Made by a program: the position numbers and the translations under genes. The notes beneath the pieces are model-generated. The model did not search any database, had not been told where the DNA came from, and saw nothing but the letters and a program-made list of their open reading frames with translations. A stretch of DNA of 58,882 bases, from contig PBTW01000020.1 of NCBI GenBank assembly GCA_002729315.1, forward strand, positions 24,240-83,121. Reading direction: 5' to 3'. This document shows positions 11,526 to 20,736 of this stretch, piece after piece. Position 1 is the stretch's first letter. Every line of letters starts with the position of its first letter. This stretch comes from Gammaproteobacteria bacterium. GTDB lineage: Bacteria > Pseudomonadota > Gammaproteobacteria > Pseudomonadales > Pseudohongiellaceae.

Positions 11526-12734
11526 TCACCAGGGCTGATTTTTCAACTGAACCAGCTTGATCATGTTTCCGGCCCGGCCTTTCCCGATAACCCCTGAAGA
11601 ATCAATCAAACGTAGCTTATCTGAACTCGGCCGATAGATTGCTGCATCGCTTACCAGCACAGCTTCGGCTTTTTGCCGCAGCTCGGCGGCCCTCAGCTCT
11701 TCGCCCATCTCGGCGTGCACCTTTGCTAGCGCATTGTAAAAATCTGGTTCAGTTCCTTTCAGCCGCAGGGCATTCAAAAACGATTCCCGCGCGAGCGGAA
11801 GATCCTTTGTCTCAAGGGCCACCTGCCCCCTACTGAAATGGTAATACGGATTGCGCTCATTGAATTGCTGGATAGCCAGCTCGTATCGTTCCGCAATATC
11901 CAGCGCGCCAGCATTTCGATAGTGCTTGGCTAGGTTATTTACCGCCGTGGCATTATTTTTTTCGTACCAAAAGGCCATGTGGTAGCTGTATTCAGCCAGC
12001 TCGCGGTCCCCCTCTCGATTGAATGCAGCTCCTATGTTATTCCAGGCGATGGCCAAGTCGGGCTTAAGAAACAGAGCATTTTTAAAATATTCTAGCGCTG
12101 CCTCCAGATCTTCAGACACCAGCGCTTCAGCTCCCAGATTGTTGAAAAACAGCGCCCGGGCGTGTAGGTCACTGACAATTTCAGCGGTCAATTGCTGGAG
12201 TTGAATCTCTGGCGTGAAATCCACGATGTATTTACGTTTATAACCCAAACTGCCTGAAGCATTGATATGCCGACTCAGAATCAGCAACTTTCCCCGCTTA
12301 TCCCATTCAGGCCTCACCGCAACCGTTTGGAAAGCCGCATCTATGCCCGCATAGCGCGCCATGGCAATATATAAGTTCATAGCCGAAAGACAATTTCCCC
12401 GGCGGGATCTGAACACCTCATCGGCTGTGAGAGTCTGGGATTCGGAATACTGAAGATTCAGGTAGCCCTCGTTGAACAATAGTGTCTGAATCTTGGCAAT
12501 ACGCAACGCGGGACTGTCGTTCTTCGAAAGAAGCCGATCGAGCATCGCTGTGATGTCAGCACTTATGTAGAGGGGATCGATTTCAGGATAGGTGTCAGTG
12601 GTCTGAGAAATAATCTCGGATTCTATGCGCCGGTCCCTGACAAATCCGGTTTCGAGATCAATACTCGAACAGGCTGTAGTAAGCATGACAAGAGCATGGA
12701 GCCAGAGCAGTCGTTGAAAACCACGATTTGCCAT
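11526..12734 (-). CDS. Lipoprotein with a transglutaminase-like Cys-protease core and C-terminal TPR repeats
   Basis: Lipobox LTTACSS. RRGNCLSAMNLYIAMARYAGIDA resembles a transglutaminase-core Cys motif. Several 34-aa TPR-like repeats follow. The ATG at 12734 has a GAGG SD. Confidence 0.65.
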   Translation of the reverse strand: MANRGFQRLLWLHALVMLTTACSSIDLETGFVRDRRIESEIISQTTDTYPEIDPLYISADITAMLDRLLSKNDSPALRIAKIQTLLFNEGYLNLQYSESQTLTADEVFRSRRGNCLSAMNLYIAMARYAGIDAAFQTVAVRPEWDKRGKLLILSRHINASGSLGYKRKYIVDFTPEIQLQQLTAEIVSDLHARALFFNNLGAEALVSEDLEAALEYFKNALFLKPDLAIAWNNIGAAFNREGDRELAEYSYHMAFWYEKNNATAVNNLAKHYRNAGALDIAERYELAIQQFNERNPYYHFSRGQVALETKDLPLARESFLNALRLKGTEPDFYNALAKVHAEMGEELRAAELRQKAEAVLVSDAAIYRPSSDKLRLIDSSGVIGKGRAGNMIKLVQLKNQPW

Positions 12735-12932
12735 TTGCACCTCAAATCATTGCAGAGCCCGGAACGTTTCAAGGCCACGGTGGTCTGACCGACCACTCCC
12801 AAGTGAAGCCATGAAGTTCAAGCGACCAAAATTTCTTTCACGAGCAGCTATAGAATAACTCATCATAGAACCTACCCAAGTCGCAAACTGACGCTGCTTC
12901 ACGTTTTTACGATCATGCCCCTGCGTTAAGAA

Positions 12933-14591
12933 TCACATACCAGGGTAGCTCGGACCACCCCCGCCCTCAGGAACGACCCAGGTAATATTCTGGGAAGGGT
13001 CCTTGATGTCACAGGTTTTACAGTGAACACAGTTCTGGGAATTGATTTGAAGTCTACTGCCGCCTTCTGCTTCTTCAACTATCTCGTAGACGCCGGCTGG
13101 ACAGTAACGCTGCGCAGGCTCATCGTATTTCGGCAGGTTAACCTCCAGCGGGACGAAGACATTCGCGAGGCGCAAATGGCAGGGCTGATCCTCGGCGTGA
13201 TTCGTATTGGACAGGAACACTGATGACAGCTTGTCAAACGTAATCACCCCATCCGGTTTCGGATAGTCAATTCGGGGGCTGTCTGACGCCAATTTGAGTT
13301 GGGCATGATCTTCAGACTTGTCATGCACCGTAAGAGGAAACTTTCCGAAGAAGATGTTCTGTTCAATAAAGGCAAGGGCGCTTCCCAGCCAAAATCCGAA
13401 TTTGTGGAATCCAGCGCTGAAATTTCGGGTCTGGTGCAACTCGCGGTACAGATTGGAGCTTTTGAATCTGGCTGTGTACTCACTGACTTCGGCTGCAGGA
13501 TTATCTGCACCCAGCGCCTCAAACAGTGATTCGGCCGCCAGTATTCCTGACCACATGGCAGTGTGACTGCCCTTGATTTTGGCGGCATTCAAAGTGCCGG
13601 CGTCGCAACCGATCAGCAAGCCGCCGGGGAAAGTCATCTTCGGCAACGAATTCAAGCCACCTTTAATTATCGCCCGCGCGCCGTAGCTCAGACGCTTACC
13701 GCCTTCAAGGTACTGCCTGATCACCGGATGCTGTTTGTACTTCTGAAACTCGTCGAACGGGCTAATGTGCGGGTTGCTGTAACCTAGATCAACAATAAGC
13801 CCGAGCGATACCTGATTACCTTCCGCGTGATACAAAAACCCGCCACTGCTCCCTGCATAGGAATCATCGATCATGGGGTAACCGGCAGTGTGAACTACCA
13901 GCCCGTCTTCGTGCTTCTCTTCTGGTATTTCCCACACCTCTTTAATGCCGATACCATAGTGTTGAGGGTCTGAGTGCTCGTCAAGGCGGTAGCGCTTGAT
14001 AAGTTCTTTGCCCAGATGCCCTCGGCAACCTTCAGCGAAAATGGTGTATTTAGCATGAAATTCAAACCCGGGCTCGAAGGACGCTTTCTGCTGACCGCTG
14101 GCAGAAACCCCCATATCACCCGTGGCAACCCCTTTGACGCTACCGTCTTCATGGTAGAGGATTTCAGCGGCAGCAAAGCCCGGGAACACTTCGACGCCTA
14201 ACTCCATGGCCTGCTCGCCCAGCCAGGCACACAAATTCCCGAGAGAGATGATGTAGTTGCCATGGTTGTCCATGGTACGGGGAACAAGCGAACTCGGAAA
14301 CTTAAAAGAAGATTCGCTACCGCCGAGGTAGTAGATCGAATCCTTGGTGACGGCCGTTCGCAGAGGAGCACCTCGCTCCTTCCAATCCGGGAATAATTCA
14401 GCTAGCGCGCTGGGCTCGAAAACCGCTCCAGATAGGATGTGCGCGCCAATTTCTGACCCTTTTTCTAGCACACAGACCGTTAGCTCGCGCTCACCGGTCT
14501 GTGCCAACTGCAGCAGTTTGCAGGCAGTCGCAAGACCCGCTGGGCCTGCCCCAACAATAACTACGTCAACTTCCATTGATTCACGTTGCAT
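12933..14591 (-). CDS. Electron-transfer flavoprotein:ubiquinone oxidoreductase (ETF-QO)
   Basis: FAD motif DVVIVGAGPAGL and the C-terminal 4Fe-4S motif CVHCKTCDIKDP. I chose the ATG at 14591, which has a GAGGAA SD. The ORF track starts at the TTG at 14609. Confidence 0.9.
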   Translation of the reverse strand: MQRESMEVDVVIVGAGPAGLATACKLLQLAQTGERELTVCVLEKGSEIGAHILSGAVFEPSALAELFPDWKERGAPLRTAVTKDSIYYLGGSESSFKFPSSLVPRTMDNHGNYIISLGNLCAWLGEQAMELGVEVFPGFAAAEILYHEDGSVKGVATGDMGVSASGQQKASFEPGFEFHAKYTIFAEGCRGHLGKELIKRYRLDEHSDPQHYGIGIKEVWEIPEEKHEDGLVVHTAGYPMIDDSYAGSSGGFLYHAEGNQVSLGLIVDLGYSNPHISPFDEFQKYKQHPVIRQYLEGGKRLSYGARAIIKGGLNSLPKMTFPGGLLIGCDAGTLNAAKIKGSHTAMWSGILAAESLFEALGADNPAAEVSEYTARFKSSNLYRELHQTRNFSAGFHKFGFWLGSALAFIEQNIFFGKFPLTVHDKSEDHAQLKLASDSPRIDYPKPDGVITFDKLSSVFLSNTNHAEDQPCHLRLANVFVPLEVNLPKYDEPAQRYCPAGVYEIVEEAEGGSRLQINSQNCVHCKTCDIKDPSQNITWVVPEGGGGPSYPGM

Positions 14592-14857
14592 GATGTTCCT
14601 CAATTGCAATTTAGGAATACTTCAGACGGGCAGGCACCGATGGAGTCCGTCAGAACACTCGGCTGGGCCGCTGCCATTTAGAACCCCAATTATCCTCTTT
14701 TCGGGAATTGCTCGCAAACAGCGTCCAAAGCTGAAGGCTGGAGTGTGAGTATGATCAAAGCAGCCTATTTAAAAAGCGCAGCGGCGAGCTTTTGACGACT
14801 TCTGGGCAAGCCGGACAGCCCGGATAAAACAAGGCTGCGGCACATACAGGGGATGGC

Positions 14858-15601
14858 TTATCCTCGCTTGGTAAAAATCATCATGTGCTGCCAAGGCAGA
14901 AAATCAAGAGTCTCTGTCCATTCCAGACCGAAAACACTCATCTCTTTCACGACCTGCTCTTCGGTCATCTTGTGCAAGGGCCGGATCGGTACAGAGGGAT
15001 CCTCGCCCCGATATTCGAGAAGGAAAATCCTGCCGCCCGGGCGCAGCGCCTGATAAATGCCATTGATCATCTCGAACGGATGGGAAAATTCATGGTAAGC
15101 GTCAACCATGATTGCCGCGTCGATAGATTCAGCCGGTAAATTAGGATCATCAATCTCACCGAGCACCCCAACAATATTTTCGACTCGGTTTTGCACTTTC
15201 TGCTCCTCAATGAGCTGCAGCATTTCTGGCTGGATGTCTACCGATAGCACCTTGCCCTCAGGAACCAGAGCCGCAATGCGAAATGAAAAATAACCTGACC
15301 CTGCGCCAATGTCAGCGACCACATCATCCACTGATAGTCCCATGTTCGCCACAACCTGATCCGGCATTTCTTCCTGAATCCGGCTTGGCCTATTCAGCCA
15401 TTGCGCAGCCTGATGCCCCATGACGAATGAAATCTCACGACCCATGTAGAACTTACCGATGCCGGTGGTTCTGCGTTCGGGCGCAACTTCATAGCCCGGG
15501 TGGGCAATGCCCTGCGCAAGCGCCGAGCTGGCAAAAAAGCACAAAGCAACTGAAGACGAGAAAAGGAAGATTGCGTTAAAGCGTGAAAGATGCTGAGTCA
15601 T
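14858..15601 (-). CDS. Class I SAM-dependent methyltransferase with an N-terminal signal peptide
   Basis: SAM motif I VADIGAGSGYF. The N-terminus ...IFLFSSSVALCFFASSALAQG looks like a cleavable Sec signal. Confidence 0.75.
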   Translation of the reverse strand: MTQHLSRFNAIFLFSSSVALCFFASSALAQGIAHPGYEVAPERRTTGIGKFYMGREISFVMGHQAAQWLNRPSRIQEEMPDQVVANMGLSVDDVVADIGAGSGYFSFRIAALVPEGKVLSVDIQPEMLQLIEEQKVQNRVENIVGVLGEIDDPNLPAESIDAAIMVDAYHEFSHPFEMINGIYQALRPGGRIFLLEYRGEDPSVPIRPLHKMTEEQVVKEMSVFGLEWTETLDFLPWQHMMIFTKRG

Positions 15602-15944
15602 TTAATGGTCTCTGAATGATTGAGTCACAGGCTCCGCGGCATGTCTCGGGCTATCTGCGAGCAGCCAGCGATGCAGTCGCACACTTGCCCGTTCTGCCCA
15701 TCTGCGATGGACGCAAAGACACCAGCTTTCTTGGAATAAAAGGGTCGCGATGATCACTCAGAGTACACCGCGCCCTTGCCGGGCTCAAGGACCCTCAGAA
15801 ACCCCCAATTGATTGGCCGCCAAAGCTGGAGCATCGGTGACAATCGGCGCGGCTCGGGGTGCACAGGCGCTTATGGTAGACTCAGAATCCAGGGCAGAGA
15901 TCACCAAACGTCCATTGCTACAGTTTTCAACAGGAATTACGCAC

Positions 15945-17129
15945 ATGAGCAAAGTGTTAGAAGGCATCAGGGTATTAGACTTTGGGCGCTATATCGCGGG
16001 CCCTTACTGCGCGACACTACTTGCAGATCTCGGTGCCGACGTCATCCGCATCGAAAAAGTTGGCGGCTCTGAAGACCGCTTCGTCTCTCCGGTCACAGAA
16101 ACCGGCGATGGCGCCATGTTTCTGCAGCTTGGACGCAACAAGCGAGGCCTGACGCTGAACCCTATGAAGCCTGAGGGGCGAGAAATTGTTAAAAAATTGG
16201 TTGCGACAGCGGATGTGGTAGTCGCCAATCTGCCACCTGACACACTATGCGCTATGGGGTTAGACTATGATAGTTTGACCCAGATTAAACCCGACATTAT
16301 TCTGACCATGATTTCCGCTTTTGGCCGCGGCGGTCCTTACTCTAATCGAGTCGGTTTCGACGGACTAGGTCAGGCAATGTCGGGGAACATGTACATGTCA
16401 GGCACAATCGACCAGCCAGTCAAAGCCTACGCGCCGTTCATCGACTTTGGCACTGCTAGTCTGTCAGCCTTCGGCACGCTCGCAGCCCTATATGAGCGGC
16501 ACAAGACCGGCAAGGGTCAGATTGTGGAGGGGGCGCTTTTTAATACCGCCCTGACGATGATGAATGCGACCGCGATCGAACAGCAGGCGCTACAGGTCAA
16601 CCGGACGGCAACTCTTAATCGCTCGCAAACCTCGGGCCCGGCTGATACTTTCAAGACAAAAGACGGTTGGATTCTTATACAGACTGTGGGTGGCCCGCTA
16701 TTTAAACGATGGGCAGAACTTATGGGAGAGGAACACTGGCTGGAAGACCCCCGGTTTAAAGACGATATCAGCCGCGGGGACAACGGTGAAATCATCAGCA
16801 ATAGGCTGGCCCAATGGTGTGCTGAACGCACAACCGACCAGGCACTTCGGGAGATGGAAACCGCCAGAATTCCAGCAGGCCCGATACTCTCGCCTCAGGA
16901 TGTGCTGAATGACCCACATATCGCCGCTAAGGGTCTGTTTCAGCCAGTTGAATTTCCCGGTCTGCCCAACGCCGCCCCAATTATGCAGACGCCGGTGGAG
17001 CTTTCTGACACCCCGGGGGCAATACGCCATCGGGCCCCGACCCTTGGCGAACACACTGACGCCATATTGCAGGATCTCGGCTACACGGAGACTGAGATCG
17101 CGGGATTCCGCGCTCAGAGAATTGTCTAA
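15945..17129 (+). CDS. Family III CoA-transferase (CaiB/BaiF type)
   Basis: MSKVLEGIRVLDFGRYIAGPYCATLLADLGADVIRIE is the canonical N-terminus of the family. The ATG at 15945 is chosen. The ORF track has a 44-aa non-homologous extension. Confidence 0.85.
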   Translation: MSKVLEGIRVLDFGRYIAGPYCATLLADLGADVIRIEKVGGSEDRFVSPVTETGDGAMFLQLGRNKRGLTLNPMKPEGREIVKKLVATADVVVANLPPDTLCAMGLDYDSLTQIKPDIILTMISAFGRGGPYSNRVGFDGLGQAMSGNMYMSGTIDQPVKAYAPFIDFGTASLSAFGTLAALYERHKTGKGQIVEGALFNTALTMMNATAIEQQALQVNRTATLNRSQTSGPADTFKTKDGWILIQTVGGPLFKRWAELMGEEHWLEDPRFKDDISRGDNGEIISNRLAQWCAERTTDQALREMETARIPAGPILSPQDVLNDPHIAAKGLFQPVEFPGLPNAAPIMQTPVELSDTPGAIRHRAPTLGEHTDAILQDLGYTETEIAGFRAQRIV

Positions 17130-17198
17130 TAACAGAGTACAGCAGATCTCAGTCCGAGCAAGATCTGTTTGGCTAAACGGACTGAATTGGAGGACACC

Positions 17199-18449
17199 AT
17201 GCTGAAACCGAATCGCAAAAGCAGCCGGCGGGACTTTCTGAAGAAAGGCTCGGCAGTTCTGGCCGCTATTGGAACAACTCCCAGAGCACTCAACGCTCAA
17301 TCAATGGACGAGGAAAGATTCTGGCTTCAGGTTCGCAACCAGTTTGCCTTTACAGAAAACGCAGTGCCCATGAACGCCGCGAACCTCTGTCCGTCTTTTC
17401 GCTCCGTGACCGACAGCATCGAGCATTTTACTGCCGACGTTGATCGGGACTGCTCTTTTAATAACAGAGCAAAGTACACCAACTTACTCGAACGGTGTCG
17501 CAGCAGAATCGCTTCCCAACTGAACGTCTCCGCCGACGAAATTGCTCTGGTTAGAAATACCAGTGAAGCTAACAACATGATCAATAACGGACTGCCACTC
17601 GAAGTCGGCGACGAGATATTGCTTTGGGATCAAAATCACCCCACAAACAATGTGGCCTGGGATGTGCGCGCCGAGCGCTTCGGACTCAACATTAACAGAG
17701 TGAGCACCCCAACCGCGCCCACGAGCGAGCAGGAACTGCTGGAGACTTTTACCCGAAGGTTTGGACCCAACACGCGTGTCCTGGCGATTACGCAGATTTC
17801 CAATGTCAGTGGGATCCGCTTACCTGTCGCCGAACTGGTCTCAGCAGCACATGATCGCGGAATTCACGTTCATGTAGACGGCGCCCAGTCCTGGGGAGCC
17901 CTCAATCTGGATCTCGCGGCCCTGAATGTCGACTCGTTTAGCGCGAGTGCTCACAAATGGTACATGGGACCAAGAGAGGTTGGATTGCTGTACGTCAAAT
18001 CAGAGCACATCGCAAAAATCTGGCCAAGCGTCATCGCCCCCGGATGGGGTGGTGACAGCGAAACCGATCTGATTGGCGCGAGGAAATTTGAGTCGCTGGG
18101 TCAGCGTGACGATGCTGCGCTGGCGGCACTTGGCACCGCCGCAGAGCTTCACGATCAACTCGAACCAGCGCGAATCGAAGCGCGCATACAGTTTCTGGCG
18201 CAGCGCCTCAAGCAGGGGCTTGTGGAGGCCAATCTGGAACTGGTGACCCCGTTGACAGAGCAGCTCAGTCATGGCGTTTGTATTACCAAAGTTGCGGGCA
18301 ACAGGGGCGGCGAGATCAGCAACAGACTGTATTCAGACCATGGTATTGCCGCCGCTCCTACCGGAGGCTTGCGATTGTGCCCGACGATATACAACACCAC
18401 TGAGCATGTAGATCGCGCCATAGAGGGAATGAAAACACTGCTGGCCTGA
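17199..18449 (+). CDS. Class V aminotransferase-fold PLP enzyme (isopenicillin-N-epimerase-like) with a twin-arginine (Tat) signal
   Basis: SRRDFLKKGSAVLAAIGTT is a Tat motif. PLP-lysine context SASAHKWYMGP. There is no HHCA desulfurase motif. GGAGG SD precedes the ATG at 17199. Confidence 0.8.
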   Translation: MLKPNRKSSRRDFLKKGSAVLAAIGTTPRALNAQSMDEERFWLQVRNQFAFTENAVPMNAANLCPSFRSVTDSIEHFTADVDRDCSFNNRAKYTNLLERCRSRIASQLNVSADEIALVRNTSEANNMINNGLPLEVGDEILLWDQNHPTNNVAWDVRAERFGLNINRVSTPTAPTSEQELLETFTRRFGPNTRVLAITQISNVSGIRLPVAELVSAAHDRGIHVHVDGAQSWGALNLDLAALNVDSFSASAHKWYMGPREVGLLYVKSEHIAKIWPSVIAPGWGGDSETDLIGARKFESLGQRDDAALAALGTAAELHDQLEPARIEARIQFLAQRLKQGLVEANLELVTPLTEQLSHGVCITKVAGNRGGEISNRLYSDHGIAAAPTGGLRLCPTIYNTTEHVDRAIEGMKTLLA

Positions 18450-18512
18450 TGTTGCTTGCCGAGTTACCTCCGCAATCACGTTGGGGTTGGCAAGCCTCGC
18501 GATCAACCCGCC

Positions 18513-19610
18513 CTATAAGCCCTCAAGGAATTGCAACATGGCCTGGTTGGTTTCTAATGGCGCCTCCTGCTGAACCCAGTGTCCGATGCCGGGCAACAGA
18601 ACAACCTCCCTCAGATCATCAACCACCCGTTCCATAGCACCCTGCAGACGACCGCGATTGGCGCCGGCAATGACCACATCCTGTTCACCAGCGATAAAAA
18701 GCGTCGGGACAGTTATACGTGCATCCTGTAAATCGGCGGTAATTTCCCAGTTTCGGTGAAAGTTTCGATAGTAATTCACGCCGCCCCGAAAACCAGACCG
18801 TTTGAATTCACTGACAACGTAATCAAGATCAGACTGATCCAACCACTCTGGCAGATCAAGTGGCTCTCCGAGTCGCGGAATCCAGCCTCCGGCAGCTCGC
18901 CTAGGATCAGTCACTTCGGGTGCATGCCGCGGCGAATCAGGGGACAAGTACAGTCTGCTGATGAGGCCATCGGGGTCATTGTCATACTCCTCCTCAGCGA
19001 CACCTCCGGGCTCATTGTGGTAGAGAATGTAGTAGAAGTTATCGGCAAAGGCTTCTCTCCAAGAGACCAGCGGCGACTGCTCGGGTCTGCCACCATAAGG
19101 CACGCTCATGGCTATCAGCCCGGAGAATCGCTCCGGATACATGAGCACTGTATTCCAGGCAACTATCGACCCCCAGTCGTGCCCGACCATAATTGCACGC
19201 TCTTCACCAAGGGCATCGAGGATCCCCACCATATCGGCTGCCAGAATTTTGATATCATAAGCCTCAATCGCATCAGGGGCATCAGTCGAACCGTAGCCAC
19301 GCATATCCGGAGCTACCACGCGAAATCCTCTCTGCGAAAAAAATGATAATTGATGGCGCCAGTTGTACCATGATTCAGGCCAGCCATGCGCCAGCAGCAT
19401 CAACGGACCTGAATCGCCTGCCACAGCAATCCTGAAATTCAAACCGTTTGCCGTAATCTGTCTGAAATTTACACCGGAAACAGGTGATGGCTCAGTCATA
19501 GAAGAGCTCCCTTGTGCTGCGAACGGAGAGGACAAAAACACATAAAAAGCGATCAGGCAGCCAAGAACAACCCCCGAAACGCTGAACTTGAGTTTGGTCA
19601 AAATGATCAT
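18513..19610 (-). CDS. Alpha/beta hydrolase (epoxide-hydrolase/haloalkane-dehalogenase-like) with an N-terminal signal or anchor
   Basis: HGWPESWYNWRHQ oxyanion region, nucleophile elbow GHDWGS and C-terminal GHWVQQE. Hydrophobic N-terminus after MIILTK (ATG 19610). Confidence 0.8.
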   Translation of the reverse strand: MIILTKLKFSVSGVVLGCLIAFYVFLSSPFAAQGSSSMTEPSPVSGVNFRQITANGLNFRIAVAGDSGPLMLLAHGWPESWYNWRHQLSFFSQRGFRVVAPDMRGYGSTDAPDAIEAYDIKILAADMVGILDALGEERAIMVGHDWGSIVAWNTVLMYPERFSGLIAMSVPYGGRPEQSPLVSWREAFADNFYYILYHNEPGGVAEEEYDNDPDGLISRLYLSPDSPRHAPEVTDPRRAAGGWIPRLGEPLDLPEWLDQSDLDYVVSEFKRSGFRGGVNYYRNFHRNWEITADLQDARITVPTLFIAGEQDVVIAGANRGRLQGAMERVVDDLREVVLLPGIGHWVQQEAPLETNQAMLQFLEGL

Positions 19611-19820
19611 GGTACTTTGATCCAGGCTAGGGTCTTTGAGCAAAGCTATCACGCCCACGAGTCAACATTCAAACTGGCGCTTCGGACCCTACTGAGACCA
19701 AAAATGCGCAGCTTAATGGACTGATGCTTGAATTGGCGTAGCGATCGCCCTGCTATGCCTCTTTTTATTGGCCGTATTTGTCGCTATCCTTACACCTCAA
19801 ACAGGAGCGCAAGCGAAGTG

Positions 19821-20696
19821 ATGTCCCCCTACGACGTACCCTATATGGAACGCACCCGCCTCTATTACGAGGCTCAAGGATATACCATCCCTTATCAGTG
19901 GGCGCACCACGACTATACCCCCTTCAGTAAGCTGACCAAACCGCTGCCTCAATTACGGGTAGGCCTAGTAACTACGGCCATGCCAGATACTGAGCAGGGT
20001 CGTGCCGAACGCAAACTTTATTCAACCCCCTCGAGGCCTGTACCGGATTCCATGTTCACGCTGGGCCTTTCCTGGCACGATACGGTGACCCACACGCGCG
20101 ATGTGGGCAGTTTCCTCCCGATCGAAGCTCTGCTCGCAATAGAGTCGGAGGGTGGTATCGGCAGCCTGGCTCCGCATTTCCAGTCAGTCCCCACCGCCTA
20201 CAGTCAGCGGCAAACCATCGAAGAGGATGCGCCTGTCATTCTCAGCCATATGAAGAAAGACGAAGTGGATGTCGCCATTCTGGTACCCTTGTGACCTGTC
20301 TGCCACCAGACCGTGAGTCTGGTTGCCCGCCACCTGGAAGACAGCGGCATTCCTACAATCGTCGTCGGCAGCGCGCTCGACATCATTGAGCATGTTGGGG
20401 TTCCGCGCTACCTACATACAGATTTTCCCCTGGGAAATCCGTTGGGCACACCCTTTGACCGCGAAATGCAACGACAACACGTCGACATGGCACTAGATCT
20501 GCTGAATGAGGCCTGTCAGGCCAATACAGTGTGCCGCTCTCCGTTTTCCTGGCAGGGGGACACTGGCTGGCGGGACGACTACTCAAGGGTGACCGATGCC
20601 AATCGTGCAGCACTGGCCGCTGCCGGAGAAGCCCGCCGCGCTAAACAGATTGTCATGAAAAAAACCAATCCAAAACAGCAAATCCCGATGCCTTAA
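19821..20696 (+). CDS. PrdB/GrdB-family (GRDB) reductase subunit-like selenoprotein. The in-frame TGA at 20292-20294 is read as selenocysteine.
   Basis: Two same-frame ORFs are joined by a single TGA. The junction reads VDVAILVPL-U-PVCHQT...EDSGIPTIVV, and a SECIS-like hairpin lies downstream. I chose the ATG at 19821 (MSPYDV...), which has AGGAG upstream. Confidence 0.7.
20302..20326 (+). promoter_or_regulatory. Candidate bacterial SECIS hairpin
   Basis: GCCACCAGAC-CGUGA-GUCUGGUUGC forms 9 bp with one C.U mismatch. The upper 7-bp stem starts at the 11th nt after UGA, and the 5-nt loop contains G and U. Confidence 0.5.
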
Positions 20697-20736
20697 ACTT
20701 ACCGTTAAAGCCGTAAAGCCTTGAAGTGAGCGCATA

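Noticed and set aside
15602-15944. Possible riboswitch or leader in the 340-nt divergent region upstream of the CoA-transferase
   Set aside because: There is a GGTGA...TCACC pairing. However, I could not match the conserved cores of the cobalamin, TPP, glycine, SAM or guanidine classes. This would need a covariance search.
16698-17300. 200-aa minus-strand ORF spanning the CoA-transferase / aminotransferase junction
   Set aside because: It is antisense to two well-supported genes, is Cys/Arg-rich and has no SD or family signal.
19728-20696. Reading the two same-frame ORFs as an ordinary pseudogene broken by a nonsense mutation
   Set aside because: The stop is TGA, and it falls exactly at the position where the family carries Sec/Cys (U-x-x-C-H). 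Both halves remain intact and family-like, and a hairpin lies at SECIS spacing. The pseudogene reading is not fully excluded until Sec machinery is confirmed elsewhere in the genome.
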